32,000 bases of DNA from Escherichia coli (GCF_041879485.1 NZ_CP168981.1), one strand, 5' to 3'; positions 9,380 to 17,703 are shown, counted from the first letter of the stretch. A program made the numbers and translations. The notes: generated by a model not told the origin, from the sequence alone.

Positions 9380-9502
9380 GCTTATTTTTTCGCCAGATTA
9401 TTTTTCAAAAAATTCCCGTGCATAAAAATTTGAGGAGGCGTTCGGTGCCCGGCGGGGTCGGGTTTGTCCTGAAAACGCCCCCCACCCCGTCATACAGCCT
9501 CA
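9380..9502. promoter_or_regulatory. Candidate cos region (~9440-9470)
   Basis: Only clear gap between the HNH-side genes and TerS; contains G/C-rich GGCGTTCGGTGCCCGGCGGGGTCGGG. HK97-type systems place cos between HNH and TerS genes. Confidence 0.35.
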
Positions 9503-9685
9503 TCAGCGATTGCGGAAACATTCCATAACCTCGCGGTCACGGTCGGTTAATCGCTTCGCTGTGATGCGTTCTGCGCGTCCTGACGCTTTATCTTTATGCC
9601 CTGTTTCCTGTGTCTTCCATGCGTCACGCTGCCTTATAAGTCCACGGATAAGGCGGTTTTGTTCCCGCTCATTCATCAGCGTCAT
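9503..9685 (-). CDS. Small hypothetical phage protein between HNH and TerS (57-60 aa)
   Basis: 3' part of the 9503..9907 ORF: MTLMNEREQNRLIRGLIRQRDAWKTQETGHKDKASGRAERITAKRLTDRDREVMECFRNR; upstream part is antisense-like to HNH and not credible. Confidence 0.5.
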   Translation of the reverse strand: MTLMNEREQNRLIRGLIRQRDAWKTQETGHKDKASGRAERITAKRLTDRDREVMECFRNR

Positions 9686-10109
9686 ACATCCAGTTATTGC
9701 GGTTAGCGGCCCGTTCTTCCTCTTCACGAAATCCACCTGCGGCACGCTTGCTTTTTGTTGCCGGATCAAGCCATTTCGTTTTCTGGTTATGGCACGCCTG
9801 GCACAATGGCTGATGGTTCCATTCGGGCCAGAAGAGAACATCATCACCGCCATTAATCGGGATAATGTGATCCACCACCACGGCGGGCGTATATATCCCC
9901 TTCTCAAGGCATCGCACGCATAACGGGTTTTTACTCAGATACATGGCGCGGTATTTGTCCCACTGTCTGGAGTACCCACGCGCGCGGCGGTGTCCTCGTC
10001 TGGCATCCTCTGCACGCCATGCCGCCCGCCTGTGCTCCTCACACTTGCCGGACTTCACGCGCCTGTTACAGCCTGGTTCTGTGCATCGTCTTAATGGTTG
10101 CCACGGCAT
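9669..10109 (-). CDS. HNH endonuclease
   Basis: 146 aa with CxxC zinc pairs and HNH core VVVDHIIPINGGDDVLFWPEWNHQPLCQACHNQKT. Confidence 0.92.
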   Translation of the reverse strand: MPWQPLRRCTEPGCNRRVKSGKCEEHRRAAWRAEDARRGHRRARGYSRQWDKYRAMYLSKNPLCVRCLEKGIYTPAVVVDHIIPINGGDDVLFWPEWNHQPLCQACHNQKTKWLDPATKSKRAAGGFREEEERAANRNNWMYDADE

Positions 10110-10405
10110 CAGTACACCCCCACATCACGGTAAGCCGTCCAGAGTGCACCAATCGTCATGGGTACGCGTGTTTTTGCGTTATCCGCGACAATCTGGCGAT
10201 TTTCATACAGGTGAGCGATAAACATCATGCAGCCAATCTTTATGGCTGGCGTGAACTCCAGCCCGTCATCAAAGCGCCTGCCTATGTGTATCTGGCACGC
10301 CTCAAGCGATGCGGCGATGTATCCGCTGATTAACTGGTCTTCCTCGTCGCCATCGATGCGGCAATGGAGTTTCACTTCTTCCAGGGTGATAAGTTCTTCT
10401 GTCAT
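10109..10405 (-). CDS. Head-tail connector (gp6-like)
   Basis: 98 aa, MTEELITLEEVKLHCRIDGDEEDQLISGYIAASLEACQIHIGRR..., typical gp6-like start. Confidence 0.88.
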   Translation of the reverse strand: MTEELITLEEVKLHCRIDGDEEDQLISGYIAASLEACQIHIGRRFDDGLEFTPAIKIGCMMFIAHLYENRQIVADNAKTRVPMTIGALWTAYRDVGVY

Positions 10406-10740
10406 TTTTCCGCGCCCTCACGACAAAGAATTTCAAGGCGTGTCCTGGCGGCATCCGGCAGCGGCTGCCCGATGATATTCAGTACACGCCCCGCCAGCGG
10501 CCCCGTATTGACCTTTATCCGGCTGGTGGCGTTGATGTCCTTCCTGTAGCGTATCCATATCCTTACCGTTCCAGTCGCCAGTTCTGCACCCGATGAAATG
10601 GCCTCCTTGCTGCTGATCATGTTCACGCTTGCCCAGAGTGTGTGACCGTCCACCCACGTTTCGAGTATTTCGCCGGTTATATCCCTGGTCTGTTTCAGGG
10701 TCTGAATCGTTACCCTGTCACGCAGTCGCCCTATGTTCAT
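10402..10740 (-). CDS. Phage head closure / head-tail adaptor
   Basis: MNIGRLRDRVTIQTLKQTRDITGEILETWVDGHTLWASVNMISSKE...; start chosen at internal Met, overlapping portal stop. Confidence 0.85.
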   Translation of the reverse strand: MNIGRLRDRVTIQTLKQTRDITGEILETWVDGHTLWASVNMISSKEAISSGAELATGTVRIWIRYRKDINATSRIKVNTGPLAGRVLNIIGQPLPDAARTRLEILCREGAEK

Positions 10741-11948
10741 TCCGGTTTTTCTCCCTCGCTGATTTTTACTTCCTGTTTCCATGCCTGGCTGAACTCATCA
10801 CCACCATCACGCGGGGACAGCCCTTCACGTTCGCGGGCTTCGTTCGGGCACATAACGCCGGATTTGATGCCGCGTTCATAGGTGGCAAAGCGTTCGCCAG
10901 GAGTGGCCCGTAACAGGTCCGCGCTGTCAAACTCCACCTGATACCGGATACCAGGTACAGGTGAGGCCACCAGCAGGGCGTTTTTTATCTGCTGTTCAAA
11001 GTTCGCCAGCCACGGGCGCATCGTCATGGTGAGAAATGCGCGGCTTGCCTCGCTGAAATTGCTGTAGGTGCTGTTGCTGTATTCCTGCAAAAAAATCGGC
11101 GAGACGTTGAACATTCGGGCGATGTCTTCAATGGTGAAGCGACGGGAGGCCAGCCATTCAGCATCCTGATTACTCATGCCCAGCTGCTGATAGCTCATAC
11201 CCCCTTCAAGGATGGGCGTTTTTCCGGCGTTTCTGGCCCCTTTGTAGCGTTCCAGTGCGGCTAATGCCTGTTTGCCCTTCACGCCGTCCAGCCATTCGCC
11301 TGACGTGATAACCCCTGCCGCCATCATGCCATCACGCATCACGCTCGCGCCGTGGCGTTGTTGGGCCAGCCCAAGCCCCAGCGATTCGCGGCAGATGGTT
11401 ACAGGTGAGCGCCCCATAAAACCGTCATCCGTGGAGTAACGAAGGTGGAGAACCTCCCACGGTAAATAGTTGCGGGTGTTTCCGGTGTAGGCGTCAGTGA
11501 TGCAGTAGCGCCAGTTATGCTCACCTGTCTGCTCAACGTTCACCGACTGCGGCGGGTAAGGATGCAAAGCGACTGGAAAACCATCACGCCCCCACTGAAT
11601 CACCGCATAAGCATTACCGTTTAACAGGCAGTGGCGGATCATCATTCGCTTAAACTGGTAGGGGGTTTGCCATGCGTTCGGGCGCTCGTTGAGGATGTGA
11701 TCGACCGGATGAGAATCAAGCCACTCTCGGGCCTCCTTCCCCTTCTCATTGCGTACCAGGTACAGGTAACACGGCATGGTAGCCACCGCCTCAGAGATGA
11801 CCGTGACGGCGTTCATGACGGCGGGCAGTGATTCCGCTGTCCCCGATGATACGTACTCACCCGCCCCCGTGTTCGATGTGCCAGCCAGCGCCATAAACTC
11901 ATCAAGCGTCATGCTGCGCTGCTCTTTTTTTCTTCTGAAAGGCCACAT
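10737..11948 (-). CDS. Portal protein, HK97 family
   Basis: 403 aa; LPAVMNAVTVISEAVATMPCYLY, LLNGNAYAVIQWGRDGFPVALHPYPP, EVLHLRYSTDD, SPIFLQEYSNSTYSNFSEASRAF characteristic of HK97 portals. Confidence 0.95.
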   Translation of the reverse strand: MWPFRRKKEQRSMTLDEFMALAGTSNTGAGEYVSSGTAESLPAVMNAVTVISEAVATMPCYLYLVRNEKGKEAREWLDSHPVDHILNERPNAWQTPYQFKRMMIRHCLLNGNAYAVIQWGRDGFPVALHPYPPQSVNVEQTGEHNWRYCITDAYTGNTRNYLPWEVLHLRYSTDDGFMGRSPVTICRESLGLGLAQQRHGASVMRDGMMAAGVITSGEWLDGVKGKQALAALERYKGARNAGKTPILEGGMSYQQLGMSNQDAEWLASRRFTIEDIARMFNVSPIFLQEYSNSTYSNFSEASRAFLTMTMRPWLANFEQQIKNALLVASPVPGIRYQVEFDSADLLRATPGERFATYERGIKSGVMCPNEAREREGLSPRDGGDEFSQAWKQEVKISEGEKPE

Positions 11949-11949
11949 A

Positions 11950-12522
11950 TCACACCCCCGCTAAATCCGTCCACCAGCGGCGATTATCCGCACGCGGCAT
12001 TTTTTCGGGGTGCTGCTCGTACAGGGAGCGGCGGGCCAGCTCCACGCCGGAATCAGGGTAAGCCGGTACGGATGTAACGGTAATTTCGTATAGTTCCGCC
12101 ACCAGCACGGTGCGCACGCATGGATCTGTTGTGGTATCCCATACATCCTTACGGGAACGAAAGCCAAAGCTCATGCCGGATATATCACCTCGTTTAACCA
12201 GTTCGATAACGTCGCGCCCTGTACTGGTATCCGGTGGGGTCAGTTCAAAGCGTAACCCTGTTTCGTCCTCTTCCAGTTTCAGCGTGCCGGAACGGGTGCG
12301 CCCCAGTAACATGCTGTGGTCATGCTCATACAGGCCGCGAACGTCATTACCCGCCGCAAGCCACTCAGTAAACGCCCCCCGCTGGAATTTTTCGTAAAAC
12401 TCCCCCCATAGCAGTTCTGAAAGCTTATCCCAGCGAACAACGTAGCCCGTCAGCGTACCGGCTCCGCTGGTAGTGATTTCCGATGACCGGATTTCCATAC
12501 TCTTCATAATTTTTTCACCCAT
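11950..12522 (-). CDS. Prohead maturation protease, HK97 family
   Basis: 190 aa; GYVVRWDKLSE..., YEHDHSMLLGRTRSGTLKL, KRGDISGMSFGFR; between capsid and portal genes. Confidence 0.93.
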   Translation of the reverse strand: MGEKIMKSMEIRSSEITTSGAGTLTGYVVRWDKLSELLWGEFYEKFQRGAFTEWLAAGNDVRGLYEHDHSMLLGRTRSGTLKLEEDETGLRFELTPPDTSTGRDVIELVKRGDISGMSFGFRSRKDVWDTTTDPCVRTVLVAELYEITVTSVPAYPDSGVELARRSLYEQHPEKMPRADNRRWWTDLAGV

Positions 12523-12561
12523 AAAACACTAAAGGGGCTTTTAAGCCCCTTCTGTATGCTG

Positions 12562-13719
12562 TTAATCGTCGTCCTGTGGCAGTTCCAGAATCTTGATCGC
12601 GTTCGAATCCACCACGCCACCGCCTAAATATTTCTGCGTGAAAATTTTGATGAAGCCCGGCTCTGTGAGGTTGTCCGGTCTGGTGCGAACACCTGTTTCG
12701 TGATCAACAATGTAGTAACCGCGTTTGAAGTCACCCAGGGCAATAACGTTATCAGGCATAAACTCCAGATATTCGACCGGAAGGCCCAGCAACGTATCAG
12801 GATCACCCGCCTGTAAACGGTCGCGCCAGATGTAATCACCGTTCGCGTTCTTCACCTTCTGAAGTTTTGCCGCCGTCGTGGAGTTAACCACCCAGACCGC
12901 GTTTTTGCGGTATTTTTTACGTAATGCAAATTTCAGGTCGATCAGCGGGTCAGCAGATGTCCACGCCAGAGATTCGGAAGGTTTAATTACCTGTAACGTA
13001 CCAAAATCACGCTCTTTGTCGTTCTTCTCTGCACGGGGTACGGATAAAAAGCCTTTTGCTTTTTTGTCACCGTCGCCCACAACCAGATCGCTTTCTTCGG
13101 TTTCCGTGAAGGTGTCGCCAATCTCACCCGTCAGCCATGAAAGGATGTCCACATCGGAAAAATCCACGATTTCCTGTGTGGTGCGCGGGTACGCATAGAC
13201 CGGATACAGCTTAATGCTCACCTCGTTAATCTGCGGGGTGCTGGTCTGTTCGCGTGTCTTACCCTCTTCACCGTGGTTAACGGTCGCACCGCCAGCGGAA
13301 ACAAGCTGCTTAAACTCGTTGCTGCTGATTTTCTTCACGGTACAGATGCGGCGCATGGTGGATTCATCCGTCAGCATTCGCATGATTTCGGTGTTCAGTT
13401 CGGGGATAACGGTATAACCACCATCAGCGGGAACGCCTGTACTTAATGCGCGGGTTTCACCTGTCAGGATGTAGTTGCGGAGTTCTGCCGGGTCAGTGGT
13501 CTGGCTGCTTTTACCTGGCTTGCTGCGCTCTTCGTCTGCAATGGCTTCAAGGCGGGAAATGTCTTTATCGAGGGATTCAGCTTTAGCGCGTAATTCGTCA
13601 AATTTTGCGCCCTCAGCATCGTTAAGACTGCGGTTTTCTTTTTCCGCGTTCTCCAGCATGTCGCGCATCTGATTTTTAATGGCGGTTTTCTGCTGGCGTA
13701 ATTCGATTATTCTCGGCAT
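12562..13719 (-). CDS. Major capsid protein, HK97 fold
   Basis: 385 aa; N-terminal coiled-coil delta-like domain then GVPADGGYTVIPE...EFKQLVSAGGATVNHGEEGKTREQ. Confidence 0.95.
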   Translation of the reverse strand: MPRIIELRQQKTAIKNQMRDMLENAEKENRSLNDAEGAKFDELRAKAESLDKDISRLEAIADEERSKPGKSSQTTDPAELRNYILTGETRALSTGVPADGGYTVIPELNTEIMRMLTDESTMRRICTVKKISSNEFKQLVSAGGATVNHGEEGKTREQTSTPQINEVSIKLYPVYAYPRTTQEIVDFSDVDILSWLTGEIGDTFTETEESDLVVGDGDKKAKGFLSVPRAEKNDKERDFGTLQVIKPSESLAWTSADPLIDLKFALRKKYRKNAVWVVNSTTAAKLQKVKNANGDYIWRDRLQAGDPDTLLGLPVEYLEFMPDNVIALGDFKRGYYIVDHETGVRTRPDNLTEPGFIKIFTQKYLGGGVVDSNAIKILELPQDDD

Positions 13720-13726
13720 AAAAAAA

Positions 13727-13756
13727 GTCCTGGGGTTAAGTAAGGAACTCCAGGAC
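13727..13756 (-). promoter_or_regulatory. Hairpin immediately 5' of the major capsid gene
   Basis: Minus strand GTCCTGG-N16-CCAGGAC then a T tract and ATG; AGGA of the 3' arm may be the Shine-Dalgarno. Confidence 0.5.
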
Positions 13757-13929
13757 GCGGCAAAAACTCAACCGTTTTTCATAAGGAAATCAGCAATCGC
13801 ACCGATCGTTTTCCCGCCTGGTAATGAATATTGGCGAGAACATTAACAGGCGGAAAAGTGGCCCCAGCGTCCTGGCACCACGGGCGAGAATAATCATGAT
13901 TCAGTTCGGGTAAAATATGCCGATCCTGT

Positions 13930-13959
13930 CAGTGAACAACGTGGAACAACCACGAACAA
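13930..13959 (-). repeat. Three tandem 10-bp TTGTTYCACG-like repeats upstream of the capsid operon
   Basis: Plus strand CAGTGAACAA|CGTGGAACAA|CCACGAACAA. Confidence 0.7.
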
Positions 13960-14010
13960 ATAATTTACAAAAAATGACAAAAAGCCGGATTGCTCCGGCT
14001 GTATGCGTGC

Positions 14011-14235
14011 TCAGTCCCTGATCCCTTTCAGAAATTCTATCAATGCATCTATCTGTTCAGGATTTACCGCCAGCATTTCACCGGACAGAGCACATCTCAC
14101 AAAACCATGCTGATCCTTTTCAATCAGTGCGCCCGTCTCCAGGAATGCGCGGTAATCATTGATGCTCATCGTCTCCATGTTGTCAGCATGGTATTTATCA
14201 CGTTGTTTTAATATCTCATCAAATTTCATCGGCAT
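14011..14235 (-). CDS. Hypothetical protein (74 aa)
   Basis: MPMKFDEILKQRDKYHADNMETMSINDYRAFLETGALIEKDQHGFVRCALSGEMLAVNPEQIDALIEFLKGIRD; internal start preceded by AGAGGAAAAAA. Confidence 0.6.
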   Translation of the reverse strand: MPMKFDEILKQRDKYHADNMETMSINDYRAFLETGALIEKDQHGFVRCALSGEMLAVNPEQIDALIEFLKGIRD

Positions 14236-14360
14236 TGTTTTTTCCTCTGTTGTGTCTGTTTGTTTCAGATAGTAACTATGCCTGACCGTGACGAAAACCC
14301 GGTAATGCGCCATACCGTTTCAACTGGTGCAAAAAAAGCCGGATTTCTCCGGCTGTGTGA

Positions 14361-14633
14361 TTAGCTGTCCTGGTAATTTCGCCATATTTCATCACCAGCA
14401 CCATCCATACCCATTTCGGCATAAGTGCGATCGACCGCCTTTTTCAGGTCTCCGTAATTATCCGGCGGCTCCGGTGGCCTCTGTGCCTTTCTGGAACATT
14501 CCAGCCGTCGCATCGTAACCTGATGCCGTTCCTTGTCTGTCTCCACCAGCAGCATGACTTCACCCCATCGCGCCGACGCCCTCCGGTAAAAGCCTTTTGC
14601 CTCGAGTTCCTCCGCTATGCGGTCATGTACCAT
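14361..14633 (-). CDS. PerC/ANR-like small regulator (putative)
   Basis: MVHDRIAEELEAKGFYRRASARWGEVMLLVETDKERHQVTMRRLECSRKA... resembles phage-borne PerC-family proteins; start chosen at internal Met. Confidence 0.55.
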   Translation of the reverse strand: MVHDRIAEELEAKGFYRRASARWGEVMLLVETDKERHQVTMRRLECSRKAQRPPEPPDNYGDLKKAVDRTYAEMGMDGAGDEIWRNYQDS

Positions 14634-14643
14634 CGTCACCCCC

Positions 14644-15054
14644 TCAGAACGGAATATCATCACCGTAGGGGTCATCGTCTCCCGCTGGTGGCTGATTACC
14701 CTGTGTGCCTGTGGTTTTGCGTCTGTTCCCGCCAGGACGTGCCGCACGGGCACTGATTACGCTGTCTGCAATAACCTGATAACCCTGCCGCGTTTCCCCG
14801 TTCTGTCCGGTCCACTGGCTGACCTGCATCGTGCCGGATACGCTGGCAACGTCGCCTTTTTGATGTTTAGCCAGGAAGTCGGCCTGCTTACCAAATGCGA
14901 TGACCGATAGCCATAACGTCGCCTGCCCATCCTGCGCCTGACTACATGGCAACGATACCGCCATACGCGCCAGCGTCATCGGTGTGCCCTTACTGGTCTG
15001 TTTTACCTGCGGGTCGTCCACCAGCCGCCCGTAAGCTGCTATCTGTGCTGTCAT
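14644..15054 (-). CDS. ssb: Single-stranded DNA-binding protein
   Basis: 136 aa; OB-fold SSB pattern (LARMAVSLPC...TLWLSVIAFGKQADFLAKHQKGDVASVSGTMQVSQWTGQNGETRQGYQVIADSVISA) and acidic tip DDPYGDDIPF. Confidence 0.93.
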   Translation of the reverse strand: MTAQIAAYGRLVDDPQVKQTSKGTPMTLARMAVSLPCSQAQDGQATLWLSVIAFGKQADFLAKHQKGDVASVSGTMQVSQWTGQNGETRQGYQVIADSVISARAARPGGNRRKTTGTQGNQPPAGDDDPYGDDIPF

Positions 15055-15296
15055 GCTGTCTGCTCTCCGGTTTTAACGTTGATGGTTGTCACCTGTTCCG
15101 CTTCGGCAATCTCCCGTTCTGTCAGCGTGGCAAAGTTTGCAGCTGCCGTTGTCATGAATGAGCTAATCAGTTCGGGATGTGCTTTCGCATATCCTTCCCC
15201 GGCGTTGCGGTCGATGATTTTTATCGACACCCTTAACCAGTGTTCCGTCAAATCAAGGGCGTGCGATTGTGATTTTTTTGTGTGCTTCGCTGTCAT
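15051..15296 (-). CDS. Hypothetical protein (81 aa) in replication module
   Basis: ORF overlapping the ssb start by 4 nt: MTAKHTKKSQSHALDLTEHWLRVSIKII... Confidence 0.65.
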   Translation of the reverse strand: MTAKHTKKSQSHALDLTEHWLRVSIKIIDRNAGEGYAKAHPELISSFMTTAAANFATLTEREIAEAEQVTTINVKTGEQTA

Positions 15297-15342
15297 AGGC
15301 TTTATCTCACAGCAGTAAATTAAAATTTTTGCGTTTTAACCC

Positions 15343-15571
15343 TTCACCTGTTCACCTTTTGATATTTTATCTTTTAATTCATAATGTTAAGGGGTGAACA
15401 GTTTCACAAAAACTATTCACCAACTATTCACCACTGTTCACCCTTGAAGCTCAATAAACAATCAAAAAGGTGAACAGTGAATAGTTTGGTGAACAGTTCA
15501 TAAATAACTGTTCACCCTATAACATACTGATACAAAAGATATTTATGACAGGGTGAACAGTGGTGAACAGT
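15343..15571. promoter_or_regulatory. Candidate replication origin with P4-like iterons
   Basis: Seven exact GGTGAACAGT decamers (either strand) at 15393, 15433(-), 15469, 15488, 15507(-), 15552, 15562, plus CTGTTCACC at 15348 and ACTATTCACC at 15412 and 15423; next to the primase gene. Confidence 0.85.
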
Positions 15572-15583
15572 TATTCCATAAGT

Positions 15584-17416
15584 TTAATTTTTGCTATCGT
15601 CATTAGTGACCGATACACATGATGGCATCCAGTCTTCTGATTCCTCCGTCAGTGTCACGTTTGAACGCAAACCGTGCTTCGTTTTCCGTTTCATATACTC
15701 CCTGCCATATTCCGCCATTGCCCCCGGCATATCTTTACCGAAGCGCGTCAGTGTTACAGGTTTACCGAATCCGTGTGCCCTCATATATGCCAGATAGGCG
15801 TGATAAAGATACCTGCGCGGACTGAACGGAATAATTTCGGCATTACCCACTAACAGACCATCACACATTACCGACGACATGAGATAGCCGCAGAAGTCCA
15901 CCAGCGAATCGCCCTCGCGTTTTATCACCAGAGCTTCTTCTGATTTCTGCTGCTCATACAGCAGGCGTTTAGCTGCGTCCTGGTCAGAAAAACGAGTAAG
16001 CAGGTGGCGAATCACAACCGCCAGCTCTCCTTCTATTTTTTCTGCCAGCATGGGGTCGCGTTCGTTTTCCGGTACAACCTCCGAAAAATTGAATATCACC
16101 CGACGACGTGAAATCCCCCCGCTGCGGTCACTGAATGACATGGCGTTATTGTTCACCGCCAACACTACCGCCTGAATGCGTGTTGAGTAGGGGGCTTTAT
16201 GCTTCGGGTCGATTGCCACCTTGTCACCGCCTGTAATGGCCTTAATTCCTGCGCCATCACCAGCGTAACGGGTCATATCCGGCATGATAATCAGCGAAAA
16301 GCCAACCACTAACGCGCGTTCCCTGGCATCTTCCAGCGCCTTCATGCTTGCCGATACCGTGTTGGCCTTACCCGCCAGCATGGTGCAAATCTCCGCCATC
16401 ACGCTTTTACCACTTCCCCCTGGACCTGTTACCTCAATGAATAACTGCCAGTCGTACCGGTTCGCCAGCACCATGAATAATGCAGCCAGTACGCGATCCG
16501 CCTTGCGGTCATTCTCAGCCACCGAACGGCGTAACCACTTCCAGAAATTCGGCGCATGTGTTGCCAGCGTTTCCCCCTCTGCTGGTGGGCTGAAAGGTAA
16601 TTCACTGGCAATTAACAACCAGTCGTTTTTGTTATGCTCCCGAAAATCGCCTGTCCGGGTATCAAAAACACCGTTACTGAATCCAATCAGGTTACGGGCT
16701 GTATTCCCCATTACAGGCAAACTTAACTTCATGGTATCGACCGCCGATTTAATGGCGTTCTGCGAATAGCTGATCTCCGCATCAATGAAAATCTGTGCCA
16801 TAGCTCGCTGTAATTCTTTATCCTGTACTGGCTCCCATACAACGCCGTTGTAATAGTGAACAGTGTCAGAGTCAGCATGAATCGCCAGTTCACCGCCATA
16901 ATGTGCCAGGAGAACTTCGCCGCGTTGACTTGCTCCCATCTGGTTAAGCGCCAGTGATGAAGCGTTATCGTCTTTTACCCGCTCTTTTTTCTTTACAGGC
17001 AGTTCAACTACATTTTTCTTTTCCGTCAGCTCTCCCCGCTCACGTTCCAGATATTCGCGCCAGTTCTCCCGTTTCTGGCTGTGCATTCCTTCAGGGTAAT
17101 AATCAGCATCCCTGACACCTGCCGCTGCCAGTTTCTGCCCGATGGTATTAACAAGCCCCGAACGCAATAACCCCGCCTGATAGAGACGCACGCGATAGCG
17201 TCCGTCCGGTACGATTTGCAGGTTGTCCAGTTCGGCAAGTTGTTGCTCTCCAAGCCAGACAGGTGGCACGCTGTCGCCAGCCAGTCGCCCGTCCTGTTCC
17301 TGCCACTGCTTCGCATGTGCCCACGCATCACTACCCGCAAAAATGATGACTTCCGTCATTTTGTCACGTGGCTGGTGTTTTAAATTTGGCGCTTTTTTCA
17401 TTTCTGCTCTCTCCAC
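15584..17416 (-). CDS. P4-family phage/plasmid primase-helicase (SF3)
   Basis: 610 aa; Walker A TGPGGSGKSVMAEICTML, D5_N-like NLIGFSNGVFDTRTGDFREHNKNDWL, VLAVNNNAMSFSDRSGGISRRRVIFNF. Start may be at 17359. Confidence 0.93.
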   Translation of the reverse strand: MERAEMKKAPNLKHQPRDKMTEVIIFAGSDAWAHAKQWQEQDGRLAGDSVPPVWLGEQQLAELDNLQIVPDGRYRVRLYQAGLLRSGLVNTIGQKLAAAGVRDADYYPEGMHSQKRENWREYLERERGELTEKKNVVELPVKKKERVKDDNASSLALNQMGASQRGEVLLAHYGGELAIHADSDTVHYYNGVVWEPVQDKELQRAMAQIFIDAEISYSQNAIKSAVDTMKLSLPVMGNTARNLIGFSNGVFDTRTGDFREHNKNDWLLIASELPFSPPAEGETLATHAPNFWKWLRRSVAENDRKADRVLAALFMVLANRYDWQLFIEVTGPGGSGKSVMAEICTMLAGKANTVSASMKALEDARERALVVGFSLIIMPDMTRYAGDGAGIKAITGGDKVAIDPKHKAPYSTRIQAVVLAVNNNAMSFSDRSGGISRRRVIFNFSEVVPENERDPMLAEKIEGELAVVIRHLLTRFSDQDAAKRLLYEQQKSEEALVIKREGDSLVDFCGYLMSSVMCDGLLVGNAEIIPFSPRRYLYHAYLAYMRAHGFGKPVTLTRFGKDMPGAMAEYGREYMKRKTKHGLRSNVTLTEESEDWMPSCVSVTNDDSKN

Positions 17417-17697
17417 GCGGCAATCATGTTTTTCAGTTCCTGTAGTTTTTTATCAACATCCATACATGGCACATGGTTGTTTCTGGAAGGCGGGATTTCC
17501 CGCCTGAATCTGCTAATAAAGATCTCCACGTTCAGCGAACTATGAAATGAATAGCCATCACGAATAAAATACACACGGTCAAACATCAGTTCTTTTACCG
17601 TTACTCTGTTACCGTTCTTATCCAGATAAATAGCGCCGGGGATAATTTTTGGGTGTGCATAACCGCTGGCAGTCAAGCCAGATAAATATGTTCTCAT
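17398..17697 (-). CDS. DUF4222-like small protein
   Basis: 99 aa; IIPGAIYLDKNGNRVTVKELMFDRVYFIRDGYSFHSSLNVEIFISRFRRE fits the DUF4222 pattern. Confidence 0.6.
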   Translation of the reverse strand: MRTYLSGLTASGYAHPKIIPGAIYLDKNGNRVTVKELMFDRVYFIRDGYSFHSSLNVEIFISRFRREIPPSRNNHVPCMDVDKKLQELKNMIAAWREQK

Positions 17698-17703
17698 GAT
17701 TAT

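Noticed and set aside
9510-10333. Plus-strand ORFs 9510..9923, 9943..10221, 10019..10333
   Set aside because: Antisense to HNH and connector genes; no protein-like features.
15343-15571. CRISPR array
   Set aside because: Repeats are about 10 bp, on both strands and irregularly spaced, without spacers of constant length; they match P4-type origin iterons.
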